Shown here in pieces: positions 56,259 to 64,000 of a DNA stretch of 64,000 nucleotides. How positions within the stretch are numbered: the stretch's first letter is position 1; each line of letters begins with the position of its first letter. The position numbers and the translations under genes were made by a program. Origin of the DNA: Deltaproteobacteria bacterium (GTDB lineage Bacteria; Desulfobacterota; Desulfobacteria; Desulfobacterales; B30-G6). Below the pieces are notes generated by a model. It made no database searches. It was not told where the DNA came from and saw only the letters and a program-made list of their open reading frames with translations. The stretch is from NCBI GenBank assembly GCA_022340465.1, contig JAJDNW010000085.1, forward strand, positions 10,134-74,133, read 5' to 3'.

Positions 56259-57641
56259 ATGATAAACATCCACCACCCATTGCCGGATACAAACGACGAC
56301 GTCTTCCTGGTGGGCGGTTCCGTCAGGGACTCCTTGCTGAAGCAGCGGCCGCTGGATTATGACATCGTCGTAAAAACGGATCCGAAGCGATACGCCCGCG
56401 AACTGGCGGCCATGCATCGAACCCGTGTGATCGACATGGGCAGGGGGGCCAAGCGTATCTGGCGCGTCGTCGGCAGGAATGTCGTTTTCGACGTGTCCCT
56501 GCTCAAGGGCGCATCCATCGAAGAGGACTTAGGGCTGCGCGATTTCACCATCAACGCCATGGCCTGGGATATCAGGGCGCGCAAACTCGTCGACATCGCC
56601 GGCGGCCGGAAAGACCTGGCCGGCAAAACCGTCCGCATGGTATCCCCGGCTGCTTTCGATCACGATCCTGTCCGGCTGCTGAGGGCCTACCGCATCGCCG
56701 CCAAAACCGGGTTCGGCATCGAAGCGCGCACGACCGCCGCGATCGGGCAAAAAGGGCCCATGATACGGCTGGCCCCCGGTGAACGTGTCCGCAGCGAGTG
56801 GTTTACCCTGCTCACATACCCTTCCGCCGCCCCCGCCGTCAGGGCCATGGCAGCCGGCGGCCTGATCCTGGAACTGTTCCCGGAACTGGCGGATCTCAAG
56901 AAATGCCCCGGGAACCGGCACCACGCCTATGATGCGTTCGTGCACACCATCGAGACGTTCGGCCACCTCGAAGCCCTGACGGGCCGTCTCGGCCACACGC
57001 TCCCCCTATCCGCGGCGAGACTGGAAGAACGGATGCGCCCAAAGCGCTGCGCCGTCCTTAAAAATGCCGCCCTGCTGCACGACATCGGCAAACCGGCCGC
57101 CATGACCGTCGACGAAAAGGGCGGCCGGCACTTTTACGGTCACGACAAAACCGGCGCCCGGATGATCGACGGGATCGGACGGCGCTACAAATTTTCCAAT
57201 CATGAACGGGAGGCCACGCGCTTCATCGTGCGGCACCACCTGCGCCCCCTGTTTCTGTTCAACCAGGCCGCCGCCGCACCGCCCGGCAGGACCCGCGCCC
57301 GCTTTTTCCTGTCCTGCGGGGATCTGGTCCCGGACATCGTCCTGCATGCGGCCGCCGACAGCCGGGGCAAAGCCAGAGAGGTCACGGAAAAACACCGGGC
57401 GTTTATCGAGTTCGCGGATCGGCTTTTAGACGACTATTTCACCGGCTACCTGCCGCGGGAAAAAGCCGCCCCCCTGTTGGACGGGCACGATCTCATGCGG
57501 GTCTACGGCCTGGCCCCCTCCTCCCTGATAGGCACCGTGCTCCGACAGGTGCAGGAGGCCACAATTGCAGGCCTTATCGATACGCGCCGGGAAGCCCTCG
57601 ACCTGGCCGCTGTCATCCTCGGCAGGGAGAAACGGTCCTAA
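56259..57641 (+). CDS. cca: CCA-adding enzyme / poly(A) polymerase family nucleotidyltransferase with HD domain
   Basis: Pol-beta head VFLVGGSVRDSLL..DYDIV, RDFTINAMA, HD domain AALLHDIGKP. Confidence 0.85.
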   Translation: MINIHHPLPDTNDDVFLVGGSVRDSLLKQRPLDYDIVVKTDPKRYARELAAMHRTRVIDMGRGAKRIWRVVGRNVVFDVSLLKGASIEEDLGLRDFTINAMAWDIRARKLVDIAGGRKDLAGKTVRMVSPAAFDHDPVRLLRAYRIAAKTGFGIEARTTAAIGQKGPMIRLAPGERVRSEWFTLLTYPSAAPAVRAMAAGGLILELFPELADLKKCPGNRHHAYDAFVHTIETFGHLEALTGRLGHTLPLSAARLEERMRPKRCAVLKNAALLHDIGKPAAMTVDEKGGRHFYGHDKTGARMIDGIGRRYKFSNHEREATRFIVRHHLRPLFLFNQAAAAPPGRTRARFFLSCGDLVPDIVLHAAADSRGKAREVTEKHRAFIEFADRLLDDYFTGYLPREKAAPLLDGHDLMRVYGLAPSSLIGTVLRQVQEATIAGLIDTRREALDLAAVILGREKRS

Positions 57642-57655
57642 CCCCGGCTTGAAGC

Positions 57656-57683
57656 TTGACAATACCCGCCTGGTTGTATAGTA
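57656..57683 (+). promoter_or_regulatory. sigma70 promoter candidate for adk
   Basis: TTGACA (57656-57661), 15-16 nt, TGTATAGTA (extended -10 type, 57675-57683). Confidence 0.45.
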
Positions 57684-57765
57684 ATGCCGGCATCGGATCG
57701 GCAATCCCAGCGGGTTTCACACTTTAAATTGATATACATCCATATAAAGAGAAAAGGAGAAAAGA

Positions 57766-58440
57766 ATGAACATTTTGTTTTTTGGGCCGAACGGCAGCGG
57801 CAAGGGGACACAGGGGGCGATTCTAAAAGACAAATATGACACACCGCATATCGAATCGGGCGCCATTTTTCGCGAAAATATCTCCAATGGGACCGAACTG
57901 GGCGCCCAGGCCAAGGCATATATCGACAAGGGCGATCTGGTGCCGGACGAGATCACCATCCCCATGATCCTCGACCGCCTGAAAAGAGACGACTGCAAGG
58001 ATGGATGGCTGCTGGACGGATTCCCGCGCAACAAGAACCAGGCCGTCAAACTCGACGAGGCCCTCAAGGAAGCCGGCATGGCCCTGGATATCGTCGTCGA
58101 AATCCTGCTGGACCGTGAAATTGCCAAAAACAGAATCATGGGGCGCAGACTCTGCGTCAACGACAACAACCACCCCAACAACATCTATATCGATGCGATC
58201 AAGCCGGACGGAGACAAGTGCCGCGTTTGCGGGGGAGACCTGAAAACCCGCTCGGACGACCAGGACGAAGAGGCCATCAACAAACGGCACAACATCTATT
58301 ACGACGCGGAAACCGGCACCTTGGCTTCGGCCTATTACTTCAGAGACCTGGCCGGAAAAGACGGCGGCATGAAGTACATCACCCTCAACGGCGAACCCAG
58401 CGTGAAAGCGGTTACCGAAGAGCTGCTTTCCAAGCTTTAG
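57766..58440 (+). CDS. adk: Adenylate kinase
   Basis: P-loop GPNGSGKGTQ, long LID with Cys pair (CVNDNN..CRVCGG). Confidence 0.95.
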   Translation: MNILFFGPNGSGKGTQGAILKDKYDTPHIESGAIFRENISNGTELGAQAKAYIDKGDLVPDEITIPMILDRLKRDDCKDGWLLDGFPRNKNQAVKLDEALKEAGMALDIVVEILLDREIAKNRIMGRRLCVNDNNHPNNIYIDAIKPDGDKCRVCGGDLKTRSDDQDEEAINKRHNIYYDAETGTLASAYYFRDLAGKDGGMKYITLNGEPSVKAVTEELLSKL

Positions 58441-58468
58441 GGTTGAAACCCCCGCTTCAGGTTCAAAA

Positions 58469-58505
58469 ATCGCCCGGCCCTGAAAAAAGACCGGGTGATT
58501 TTTTT
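58469..58505 (+). terminator. Intrinsic terminator after adk
   Basis: ATCGCCCGG (58469-58477) pairs with CCGGGTGAT (58491-58499) with one G-U pair, followed by T7. Confidence 0.6.
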
Positions 58506-58628
58506 GCTTGCAATCATTGAAAAACGTGTATATTTATAAATATTTTAACCTGAGCACTACCCATCAGACCGGAATGAAATAACCATCGGCGATCGTGCGG
58601 CCGATGGGACCAAAGGGGGCGATCGAGT

Positions 58629-58832
58629 TTGAAGGCAATTGAGGTAAAAGTCTACGACAACGACCTTGAAAAGGCCATGCGCATTTTGAAAAAGAAAATT
58701 CAAAACGATGGGCTTTTCAAAAGACTGAAGCTGAAGAAAAGTTATGAAAAACCCAGTGAATACAGACGCCGCAAACAGCGTGAAGCGCTGCGGCGCCAGC
58801 GCATAGCGGCTTCTCGGCGCAGATACAGATAA
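58629..58832 (+). CDS. rpsU: 30S ribosomal protein S21
   Basis: TTG start; (M)KAIEVKVYDNDLEKAMRILKKKIQNDGLFKRLKLKKSYEKPSE.RRRK. Confidence 0.9.
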   Translation: MKAIEVKVYDNDLEKAMRILKKKIQNDGLFKRLKLKKSYEKPSEYRRRKQREALRRQRIAASRRRYR

Positions 58833-58848
58833 GCTGATTTCAGCATGC

Positions 58849-58887
58849 CGCCCGACAGGAAGCGTTTCCTGTCGGGCGTTTTTTTTT
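58849..58887 (+). terminator. Intrinsic terminator after rpsU
   Basis: CGCCCGACAGGA (58849-58860), 6-nt loop, TCCTGTCGGGCG (58867-58878), then T9. Confidence 0.9.
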
Positions 58888-58903
58888 CCGGAGGCAACCG
58901 GTT

Positions 58904-60187
58904 ATGGCCCCAAAATCATCTTACCAGGCCACCCTCGATGAAATGTTCGCCCTGCAGCGTTTCGGCATCAAGCTGGGACTGGCCACCATCCGCAACATCC
59001 TGAAAGGGTTGGGTAATCCGCAACGGCAATACAATTGCATCCACGTTGCCGGCACCAACGGCAAGGGATCCATCGCCTCCGGGCTCGCCGCCATCCTGCA
59101 GGCCGCCGGCTACCGGACCGGCCTCTACACCTCACCGCACCTGATCGACTTCAACGAAAGAATCATGGTCGACGGCCGGATGATTTCAGACAAACGGGTG
59201 GTCGACGCCTACCGCAAGGTGAAAAAGGCGCACCGGGGATCACGTCAGCCGACCTTTTTCGAGTTCACCACGGCCATGGCCCTGTACGAATTCGCAGAAA
59301 AGGGCGTCGAATGGGCCATCATCGAAACCGGTATGGGCGGAAGGCTGGACGCCACCAATATCATCCGACCGGCCGTGAGTATCATCTCCAACATCTCCCT
59401 GGAACACCGGATGTACCTGGGCGGCTCCATCGCCGAAATCGCCGGCGAAAAAGGCGGCATCATCAAATACAGGGTCCCGGTCGTGACAGGCGCCAGCCAG
59501 CCCAAGGCACGCTCCGCGCTGACATCCATCGCCGCACAGAAGAAGGCGCCGATTCACTGTTTCGGAAAGGCGTTCCGCGTCCGCAGAAACGGGGACGGTT
59601 CCTTCAATTATTACGGCCTGGAGCACAACTGGCAGCGGCTCAAGACCAGTCTTGTCGGCCCGCATCAGGTCGACAACGCCGCCCTGGTGCTGGCCGCCTG
59701 CGAATCTCTGATCCGCAGAAAAAAGGCAACGATCGACGAAGCCCATGTCCGGAAGGGCCTGCAGAAGGTCCACTGGCCCGGCAGGCTCGAATTTGTCGGT
59801 AAGGCCCCCCTCATCCTGCTGGACGGGGCCCACAACCTGGCCGCCGCCCGCAACCTGGCCCGCTTTCTGCGCGACAACCTGGCCAAGAGACCCATCACCC
59901 TGGTGGCCGGCATTCTGGACGACAAGCCCTACAGGGCCATGCTGCACCCCCTCATGCAGCAGTGCCGGCGGGTGATCGTGACCCGGCCCGTCATCGATCG
60001 GGCCCTCGACCCCGGAGTGCTTTACGATGTCGCCAAAGAGGTTGTCCGGAATGTGAAGCAGTTTCCCACGGTGGACGAAGCCGTCGCCCATGCCGTGAAA
60101 ACCGCCAAACGCAACGAGGTCATCTGCATCGCCGGGTCGCTGTACGTGGTGGGAGAGGCCAAGCAGGCACTGGAAAAGCTGATTTGA
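58904..60187 (+). CDS. folC: Bifunctional folylpolyglutamate synthase / dihydrofolate synthase
   Basis: Mur-ligase fold; P-loop HVAGTNGKGS; ETGMGGRLDATN; DGAHN. Confidence 0.92.
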   Translation: MAPKSSYQATLDEMFALQRFGIKLGLATIRNILKGLGNPQRQYNCIHVAGTNGKGSIASGLAAILQAAGYRTGLYTSPHLIDFNERIMVDGRMISDKRVVDAYRKVKKAHRGSRQPTFFEFTTAMALYEFAEKGVEWAIIETGMGGRLDATNIIRPAVSIISNISLEHRMYLGGSIAEIAGEKGGIIKYRVPVVTGASQPKARSALTSIAAQKKAPIHCFGKAFRVRRNGDGSFNYYGLEHNWQRLKTSLVGPHQVDNAALVLAACESLIRRKKATIDEAHVRKGLQKVHWPGRLEFVGKAPLILLDGAHNLAAARNLARFLRDNLAKRPITLVAGILDDKPYRAMLHPLMQQCRRVIVTRPVIDRALDPGVLYDVAKEVVRNVKQFPTVDEAVAHAVKTAKRNEVICIAGSLYVVGEAKQALEKLI

Positions 60188-60205
60188 GCGGATTACATCG
60201 TTAAA

Positions 60206-60322
60206 GTGAAACGTGAGACGTGAAAGGTGAGAGGTGAGAGGTAAAGCGAGAGACTCGTTTCACGTCTAACGTCTTACACCGTATACCCTACACCGAAGCC
60301 CCTTTACCTTAAACCATACACC
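60206..60322. repeat. CGTGA-word strand-asymmetric palindromic module
   Basis: A 49-nt C-poor arm (GTGAAACGTGAGACGTGAAAGGTGAGAGGTGAGAGGTAAAGCGAGAGAC; 4 C) faces a 67-nt G-poor arm (CGTTTCACGTCTAACGTCTTACACCGTATACCCTACACC..; 6 G). Confidence 0.7.
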
Positions 60323-60331
60323 GGATATATC

Positions 60332-60360
60332 TTGACATATCCAAATCGTTTCTCTATTTT
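60332..60360 (+). promoter_or_regulatory. sigma70 promoter for tRNA-Arg
   Basis: TTGACA (60332-60337), 17 nt, TATTTT (60355-60360); the tRNA 5' end lies 10 nt downstream. Confidence 0.55.
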
Positions 60361-60369
60361 CCATCCAAT

Positions 60370-60445
60370 GCGCCCGTAGCTCAGTGGATAGAGCGTCAGC
60401 CTCCGGAGCTGAAAGTCGCGCGTTCGAACCGCGCCGGGCGTACCA
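60370..60445 (+). tRNA. tRNA-Arg (anticodon CCG)
   Basis: GCGCCCGTAGCTCAGTGGATAGAGCG..anticodon loop CUCCGGA..GCGCGTTCGAACCGCGCCGGGCGTACCA; 76 nt with encoded CCA. Confidence 0.92.
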
Positions 60446-60455
60446 CAACAAAAAC

Positions 60456-60486
60456 AAGGGCTTATGAGGATTTCATAAGCCCTTTT
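60456..60486 (+). terminator. Intrinsic terminator after tRNA-Arg
   Basis: AAGGGCTTATGA (60456-60467), 5-nt loop, TCATAAGCCCTT (60473-60484), then TT. Confidence 0.75.
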
Positions 60487-60556
60487 AATTGGTCAAATAA
60501 TCCCATTTCCAACCCTATTTCCAACCGATAAAACTTGTTTTGGTGTAAAAAATAGC

Positions 60557-60976
60557 CTAGCAGCCTGTCTCACCCATTTGTGATATGGCGTCTTTGTCAA
60601 ACATGAAATCAGGTAGATTTCTTCCGACTTGAATATCAAATCGCGTCGACAGTGCGACCGGCCTTTTACGCCGGTCTTCCTCTATAAAATCAATGAGTCG
60701 ATGCCGGTAAAATGTTTTTAAGGTTCGGGATAAATTTCCCTTATTCCGCCCGGAGATTTTTGACAATTCATCTATCGATGCCGGCTTTTCTTTTTCAATC
60801 ATTTTTAAAAGATCAATATTCCGGGTGCTTAATACCTGCATGCAAGTCTCGATAGATTCAAACCAGATCTTGGGTTCGTTTTTATTGGGTTTATATTTTC
60901 CTCTGGCAATCGCCATCGTATATTTTTGAAACGTCTCAAGCGGCATGATACCGACCTTGACAACCTTCTTTCTCAT
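60557..60976 (-). CDS. Winged-HTH putative antitoxin/regulator (HVO_A0114-like, MarR/ArsR-type)
   Basis: 139 aa. LSTRNIDLLKMIEKEKPASIDELSKISGRNKGNLSRTLKTFYRHRLIDF fits a wHTH fold. Lies 23 nt downstream of the DUF6516-like gene. Local GC is much lower than the rest of the window. Confidence 0.6.
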   Translation of the reverse strand: MRKKVVKVGIMPLETFQKYTMAIARGKYKPNKNEPKIWFESIETCMQVLSTRNIDLLKMIEKEKPASIDELSKISGRNKGNLSRTLKTFYRHRLIDFIEEDRRKRPVALSTRFDIQVGRNLPDFMFDKDAISQMGETGC

Positions 60977-60999
60977 TTTTTTCGCCTCTCTTTGGTTTC

Positions 61000-61362
61000 T
61001 TAATCGCCCACAATCTCATTTACGCACTTCCAGAAATCGTCAATCAGCTGACTGGCGGACGAAAATAAGTAACGCTCGATCTTTTCCTGTCTGTGAATGT
61101 GGTCCCATGTGATAATCCGACCGGTATATTTCTTGGGTCGGCGCCCTTTTCTTTTGATTGCATGCGCATTATCCAATCCGAGCACCCTGGTATTGTTACG
61201 ATCATGCAATGTCAGTGAGTAGCCGATACCATGTGGCCGGTGTTTGTCTTTGGGAACTTCACGAGCTTCGAATTTCACCCAAAAGCCGCTACCAAGCCAA
61301 AAGGAAAAACCATCTAAATCAAGCAGGGTTATTAATTCAGCATCTTCCGGCTCACAGTCCAT
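61000..61362 (-). CDS. DUF6516/TumE-like putative toxin
   Basis: 120 aa. GYSLTLHD..VLGLDNAH.. and ..WDHIH resemble the DNAxH..H-H pattern of the TumE/DUF6516 family as I remember it. AT-rich. Confidence 0.5.
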   Translation of the reverse strand: MDCEPEDAELITLLDLDGFSFWLGSGFWVKFEAREVPKDKHRPHGIGYSLTLHDRNNTRVLGLDNAHAIKRKGRRPKKYTGRIITWDHIHRQEKIERYLFSSASQLIDDFWKCVNEIVGD

Positions 61363-61501
61363 TCATTTGCCCCTTAAGTTATCATCAGATCACAACCATG
61401 TCAAATGTAAAATCTAATAATTTTATAGTGTAAAATAATATTTAATTGAGCTATATTCTATATTATAAGCATCTATTAAGATGATAATCCATCCGCTTTT
61501 G

Positions 61502-61790
61502 TCATAGGCTAAACATTTCTCCATCTTTCAAAATCCTGACATTCGAAAAGTGATCTATAAACCGATCCGGATGAAACCCGGGCACCTGAGAATCATGCTG
61601 CAGGCTTCTCTCAACGGTCTGCAAGAGAAAGCCTGCCCGAAATGTGATAGCATCGCCATTGTAAATATCGATCTTTGCAGACCTGGTGTGCTGCTATCAA
61701 AACAACCCGTTTGAGACGGTTGGAATACCCCCATTCCTTGACCCAGTCTCCCAAATAAGGTATGAATCTTATATTGCATTGAAATCATCC
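61502..61790 (-). pseudogene. Possible frameshifted gene remnant
   Basis: Two adjacent minus-strand frames read like protein but lack a start codon: ..IRFIPYLGDWVKEWGYSNRLKRVVLIAAHQV.. and then ..AKIDIYNGDAITFRAGFLLQTVERSLQHDSQVPGFHPDRFIDHFSNVRILKDGEMFSL*. I cannot name a family. Confidence 0.25.
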
Positions 61791-62005
61791 CTGATCTGAT
61801 GCTGTTTTTCTAAATTTGAGCCTGAGTTGGCCCGATTCTTGACCTGTTCTTACCTTTCCAGAACGTATCATCTTCTATAAAGCCCAACTCGCTGAAATGA
61901 AGGTGGCCGCTATGTATAAGATATCTCCAACGAATTCGACAAGTTTACTTAATTGCCTAATGAATGCCAAGCCTTGGTTAGCAATCACAAAAGGAGGATT
62001 TTAAA

Positions 62006-62791
62006 ATGGAAAAAGCATATCAAATAATGCCGGATATCGAGGTTCTTCCATCTCATTTCCCGGTCCCAGGAGCAGGATTTCTTCCCGTCAATGCCTTCCT
62101 CCTCAAGGCAAAGGAGCCCGTGCTTATCGATACAGGAATGGGTATAGACAGTGAGGAATTCATGAAGGTTCTCGAGTCGGTCATCGATCCTCGAGATTTG
62201 AAGTGGATATGGATTACTCACGATGACGCGGATCACATTGGCAGCCTTCAAAAAATAATTGAAGCAGCTCCAAACGCGCGGCTTGCGGCATTCTCCTTGG
62301 CTGTGTTGAGGATGAGCACGGCTTGGCCGGTGCCAATGAATAGGGTTTACTGGCTGAACCCGGGAGACAGTATTAATGTGGGGGATCGCAAGCTAACCGC
62401 CGTAAGGCCGCCCCTGTTCGATAATCCTACGACCATCGCCGTCAAAGATGACAAATCGGAGGTATTATTTTCTGCCGATTGCTTCGGCGCCATTATCCCG
62501 TCACCGGCAAAACGTATCGATGATATTGACGAGTCGGTTTTGGCTCAAGGCATGATCGGCTGGGCGAGTTTGGACAGCCCATGGGTTCATATGGTTCCAC
62601 CGAGCCAATTCAATCAAGGGCTGGACAGCATTCGTCAGATGGCACCAAAAGCGATTTTGTCGTCACACTTACCACCGGCAATAGGAAAGACCGAACCGTT
62701 TCTGGAATGGCTTGCGGCGGTTCCGCTATCCACTCCCAATGTTGCTCCCGACCAGACGGCCCTGGAGCAAATATTGACACAGGAAATATGA
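62006..62791 (+). CDS. MBL-fold metallo-hydrolase
   Basis: Strong RBS AAAGGAGG; beta-lactamase-fold motif WITHDDADHIG (HxHxDH variant). Confidence 0.85.
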   Translation: MEKAYQIMPDIEVLPSHFPVPGAGFLPVNAFLLKAKEPVLIDTGMGIDSEEFMKVLESVIDPRDLKWIWITHDDADHIGSLQKIIEAAPNARLAAFSLAVLRMSTAWPVPMNRVYWLNPGDSINVGDRKLTAVRPPLFDNPTTIAVKDDKSEVLFSADCFGAIIPSPAKRIDDIDESVLAQGMIGWASLDSPWVHMVPPSQFNQGLDSIRQMAPKAILSSHLPPAIGKTEPFLEWLAAVPLSTPNVAPDQTALEQILTQEI

Positions 62792-62843
62792 ACCTGTCAC
62801 CACTACGGCAATTATAGCAAGGTAGTTTTTATCATGTACCAGT

Positions 62844-62881
62844 GGGCAAATCCATTTCGACGGATTTGCCCCCTCTTTTTT
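62844..62881 (+). terminator. Intrinsic terminator after the MBL gene
   Basis: GGGCAAATCC (62844-62853), 8-nt loop, GGATTTGCCC (62862-62871), then CCTCTTTTTT. Confidence 0.75.
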
Positions 62882-63103
62882 CAAATTTATCGGAAAAATG
62901 GTATCGGCAATCGAGGGTAAGACAATTTTCATAGCGGAACGTGACGTAATCACAGGCTATTGATATGTGTTGACAACCTTGGGATCTCTCCATACGAAAC
63001 CTCGCAGTGCCTCATCTGCCGTCCGGCTGACAATTCCCCTGTCGGGCGTGTAGAGGACTTGGCTTCGCCTACACTAAAGCCTCACCTCCAAGTGGGTGCG
63101 CCC

Positions 63104-63148
63104 GGGCGGTGGTGCACAACCCACGGGCGGCCCTCGTCGGGCCGCCCG
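63104..63148. terminator. 20-bp perfect GC-rich hairpin downstream of the secreted-protein gene
   Basis: GCACAACCCACGGGCGGCCC (63104-63123), loop TCGTC, GGGCCGCCCGTGGGTTGTGC (63129-63148); 32 nt past the minus-strand stop. No U-tract on the minus strand. Confidence 0.6.
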
Positions 63149-63180
63149 TGGGTTGTGCCGGTTTCGTTTAAAGGCGGCGT

Positions 63181-64000
63181 TTAAAACAGAAGACTGTCGA
63201 TGAAACAGCTGCTGCTGGAAGAAGACCCGCCCGACGATGCAGCGGCGGGCGTCGGCTCCTGAACCGCCGCAGCCATGGTCGGCCCGCCGTCATCGACGAC
63301 GTCGGCATCTTGGGCGACAACGTTGTCATCCCCGCGTTCCCCGTCCACAAAGTGCAGGATAATCCTCTTGTTGACCGCATCGATCTCCGCACCGGTGTTC
63401 CCGTCGTAAAGGAACTCGTACCAGTGGTCCGTAGGATCCGAGGGCGTGGGACCGTACTTCCAGTAGGATTCAGGCACCGGTCCGTCGTTGAAGTAGAGCA
63501 CGAGGGTGGTTGCTCCGCCCATCCCGACGCCCTTGACGGAAAACGAAAAGATGCCGTAGGGAAAATCCGCCTCCTCGGGTGGATTGACAGGGTCGCCGGT
63601 TTCAATATCCGCCAGCGTTCCGTTGCCTGCGGCGTGCGTGGCCGGATCTTCGCAGGCCAGGGTTACGTAGTAGGTATCGTCTTCCGTAAAACCCGAGGTC
63701 ACATTGGCCTGCTCGGCATCGGCCGTGCCGTCGTCGTTCCCGTCGTAGGTGTCATCGCTGCCGTCCGGACCGCATTCGGTTTCATCGCTGATGCCGTCGC
63801 CGTCACCGTCGGGACCGAACCTTGCCGTAACGGTTTTGTCGGAATTCATGACGATGGCGGTCGTCAGCATGCCATCGTCCTTGACATCGCCGACCCACTC
63901 GATCAGCACCGACCCTTCCCCGGGAACCGCTTCGAGGTGAACGGTGGTGCCGCTTTCGTAGGTAAGACCGGGCGGGTTGACATTCACCTGGCCATCGCCT
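63181..64000 (-). CDS. Secreted/surface protein, 3' portion (Asp-rich Ca-binding-like repeats + beta-sandwich + Ser-rich Cys tail)
   Basis: The frame stays open to nt 64000 (the GTG at 63987 is internal). It contains GPDGDGDGISDETECGPDGSDDTYDGNDDG, then FPYGIFSFSVKGV..LVLYF..YWKYGPTP..HWYEF..LHFVDGERGDDD, and ends SSGGSSSSSSCFIDSLLF. Confidence 0.6.
   Translation of the reverse strand, partial: GDGQVNVNPPGLTYESGTTVHLEAVPGEGSVLIEWVGDVKDDGMLTTAIVMNSDKTVTARFGPDGDGDGISDETECGPDGSDDTYDGNDDGTADAEQANVTSGFTEDDTYYVTLACEDPATHAAGNGTLADIETGDPVNPPEEADFPYGIFSFSVKGVGMGGATTLVLYFNDGPVPESYWKYGPTPSDPTDHWYEFLYDGNTGAEIDAVNKRIILHFVDGERGDDNVVAQDADVVDDGGPTMAAAVQEPTPAAASSGGSSSSSSCFIDSLLF

Noticed and set aside
60206-60254. 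CRISPR-like or tandem-repeat array (GTGAGA / GTGAAA periodicity)
   Set aside because: The units are 6-8 nt, irregular and not separated by unique spacers, and no cas genes are present. It is one arm of an imperfect palindrome, not a CRISPR array.
62960-63184. 74-aa plus-strand ORF, and 62726-62953 (a 75-aa minus-strand ORF)
   Set aside because: Both lie in the terminator/hairpin-rich spacer between the MBL gene and the secreted-protein gene. Neither has an RBS or coding bias.
60446-63200. Classical integrated element (prophage or ICE) at tRNA-Arg
   Set aside because: I could find no integrase or recombinase and no direct repeat of the tRNA 3' end. Only ~1.5 kb is compositionally deviant, so I report it as a small islet only.

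Overview
64-kb window from a ~57% GC Gram-negative chromosome. Gene content and order suggest a deltaproteobacterium/Desulfobacterota: tolQRA-tolB-pal-cpoB beside ruvCAB, a single-cytochrome sdhCAB, rpsB-tsf-pyrH-frr-uppS-cdsA-dxr-rseP, rho-rpmE-prfA-prmC and dnaX-ybaB-recR. That placement is inference only. No database search was possible, and every family assignment rests on motifs I recognise by eye. I call about 62 protein genes, 3 tRNAs (tandem Ser-CGA and Ser-GGA, plus Arg-CCG), about 10 intrinsic terminators or hairpins and several near-consensus sigma70 promoters. Roughly 85% of the window is ordinary housekeeping. Eight things are not ordinary. (1) 18859-22651 is an orphan three-gene envelope module: a FlgT_N/LPP20-like secreted protein, a DUF799-like fusion lipoprotein and a CsgG-like lipoprotein, with no curli or flagellar genes nearby. 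This is my best candidate for an undescribed system. (2) 36483-40249 holds a GspE/PilB-type ATPase whose start codon sits 1 nt after the stop of an unrecognisable ~350-aa helical protein, with a lone divergent pseudopilin. (3) dnaX carries an E. coli-style frameshift cassette (AGGGA, then A AAA AAG, then a -1 stop after one codon), but it lies only 37 codons from the C-terminus. (4) A 32-codon bS22-like ribosomal mini-protein with an apparent CTG start is hidden inside a spurious 125-aa ORF. (5) A bactofilin gene overlaps a membrane coiled-coil protein that looks like an M23-peptidase partner lacking the peptidase domain. (6) Nearly every intergenic spacer carries palindromic repeat modules from a few families, with exact 13-18-mers shared between distant loci. 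(7) There are two 31-bp perfect inverted repeats. (8) An AT-rich islet beside tRNA-Arg carries a TumE/DUF6516-like plus wHTH toxin-antitoxin pair and gene debris. No CRISPR array, IS element, integrase, rRNA or recognisable riboswitch was seen.
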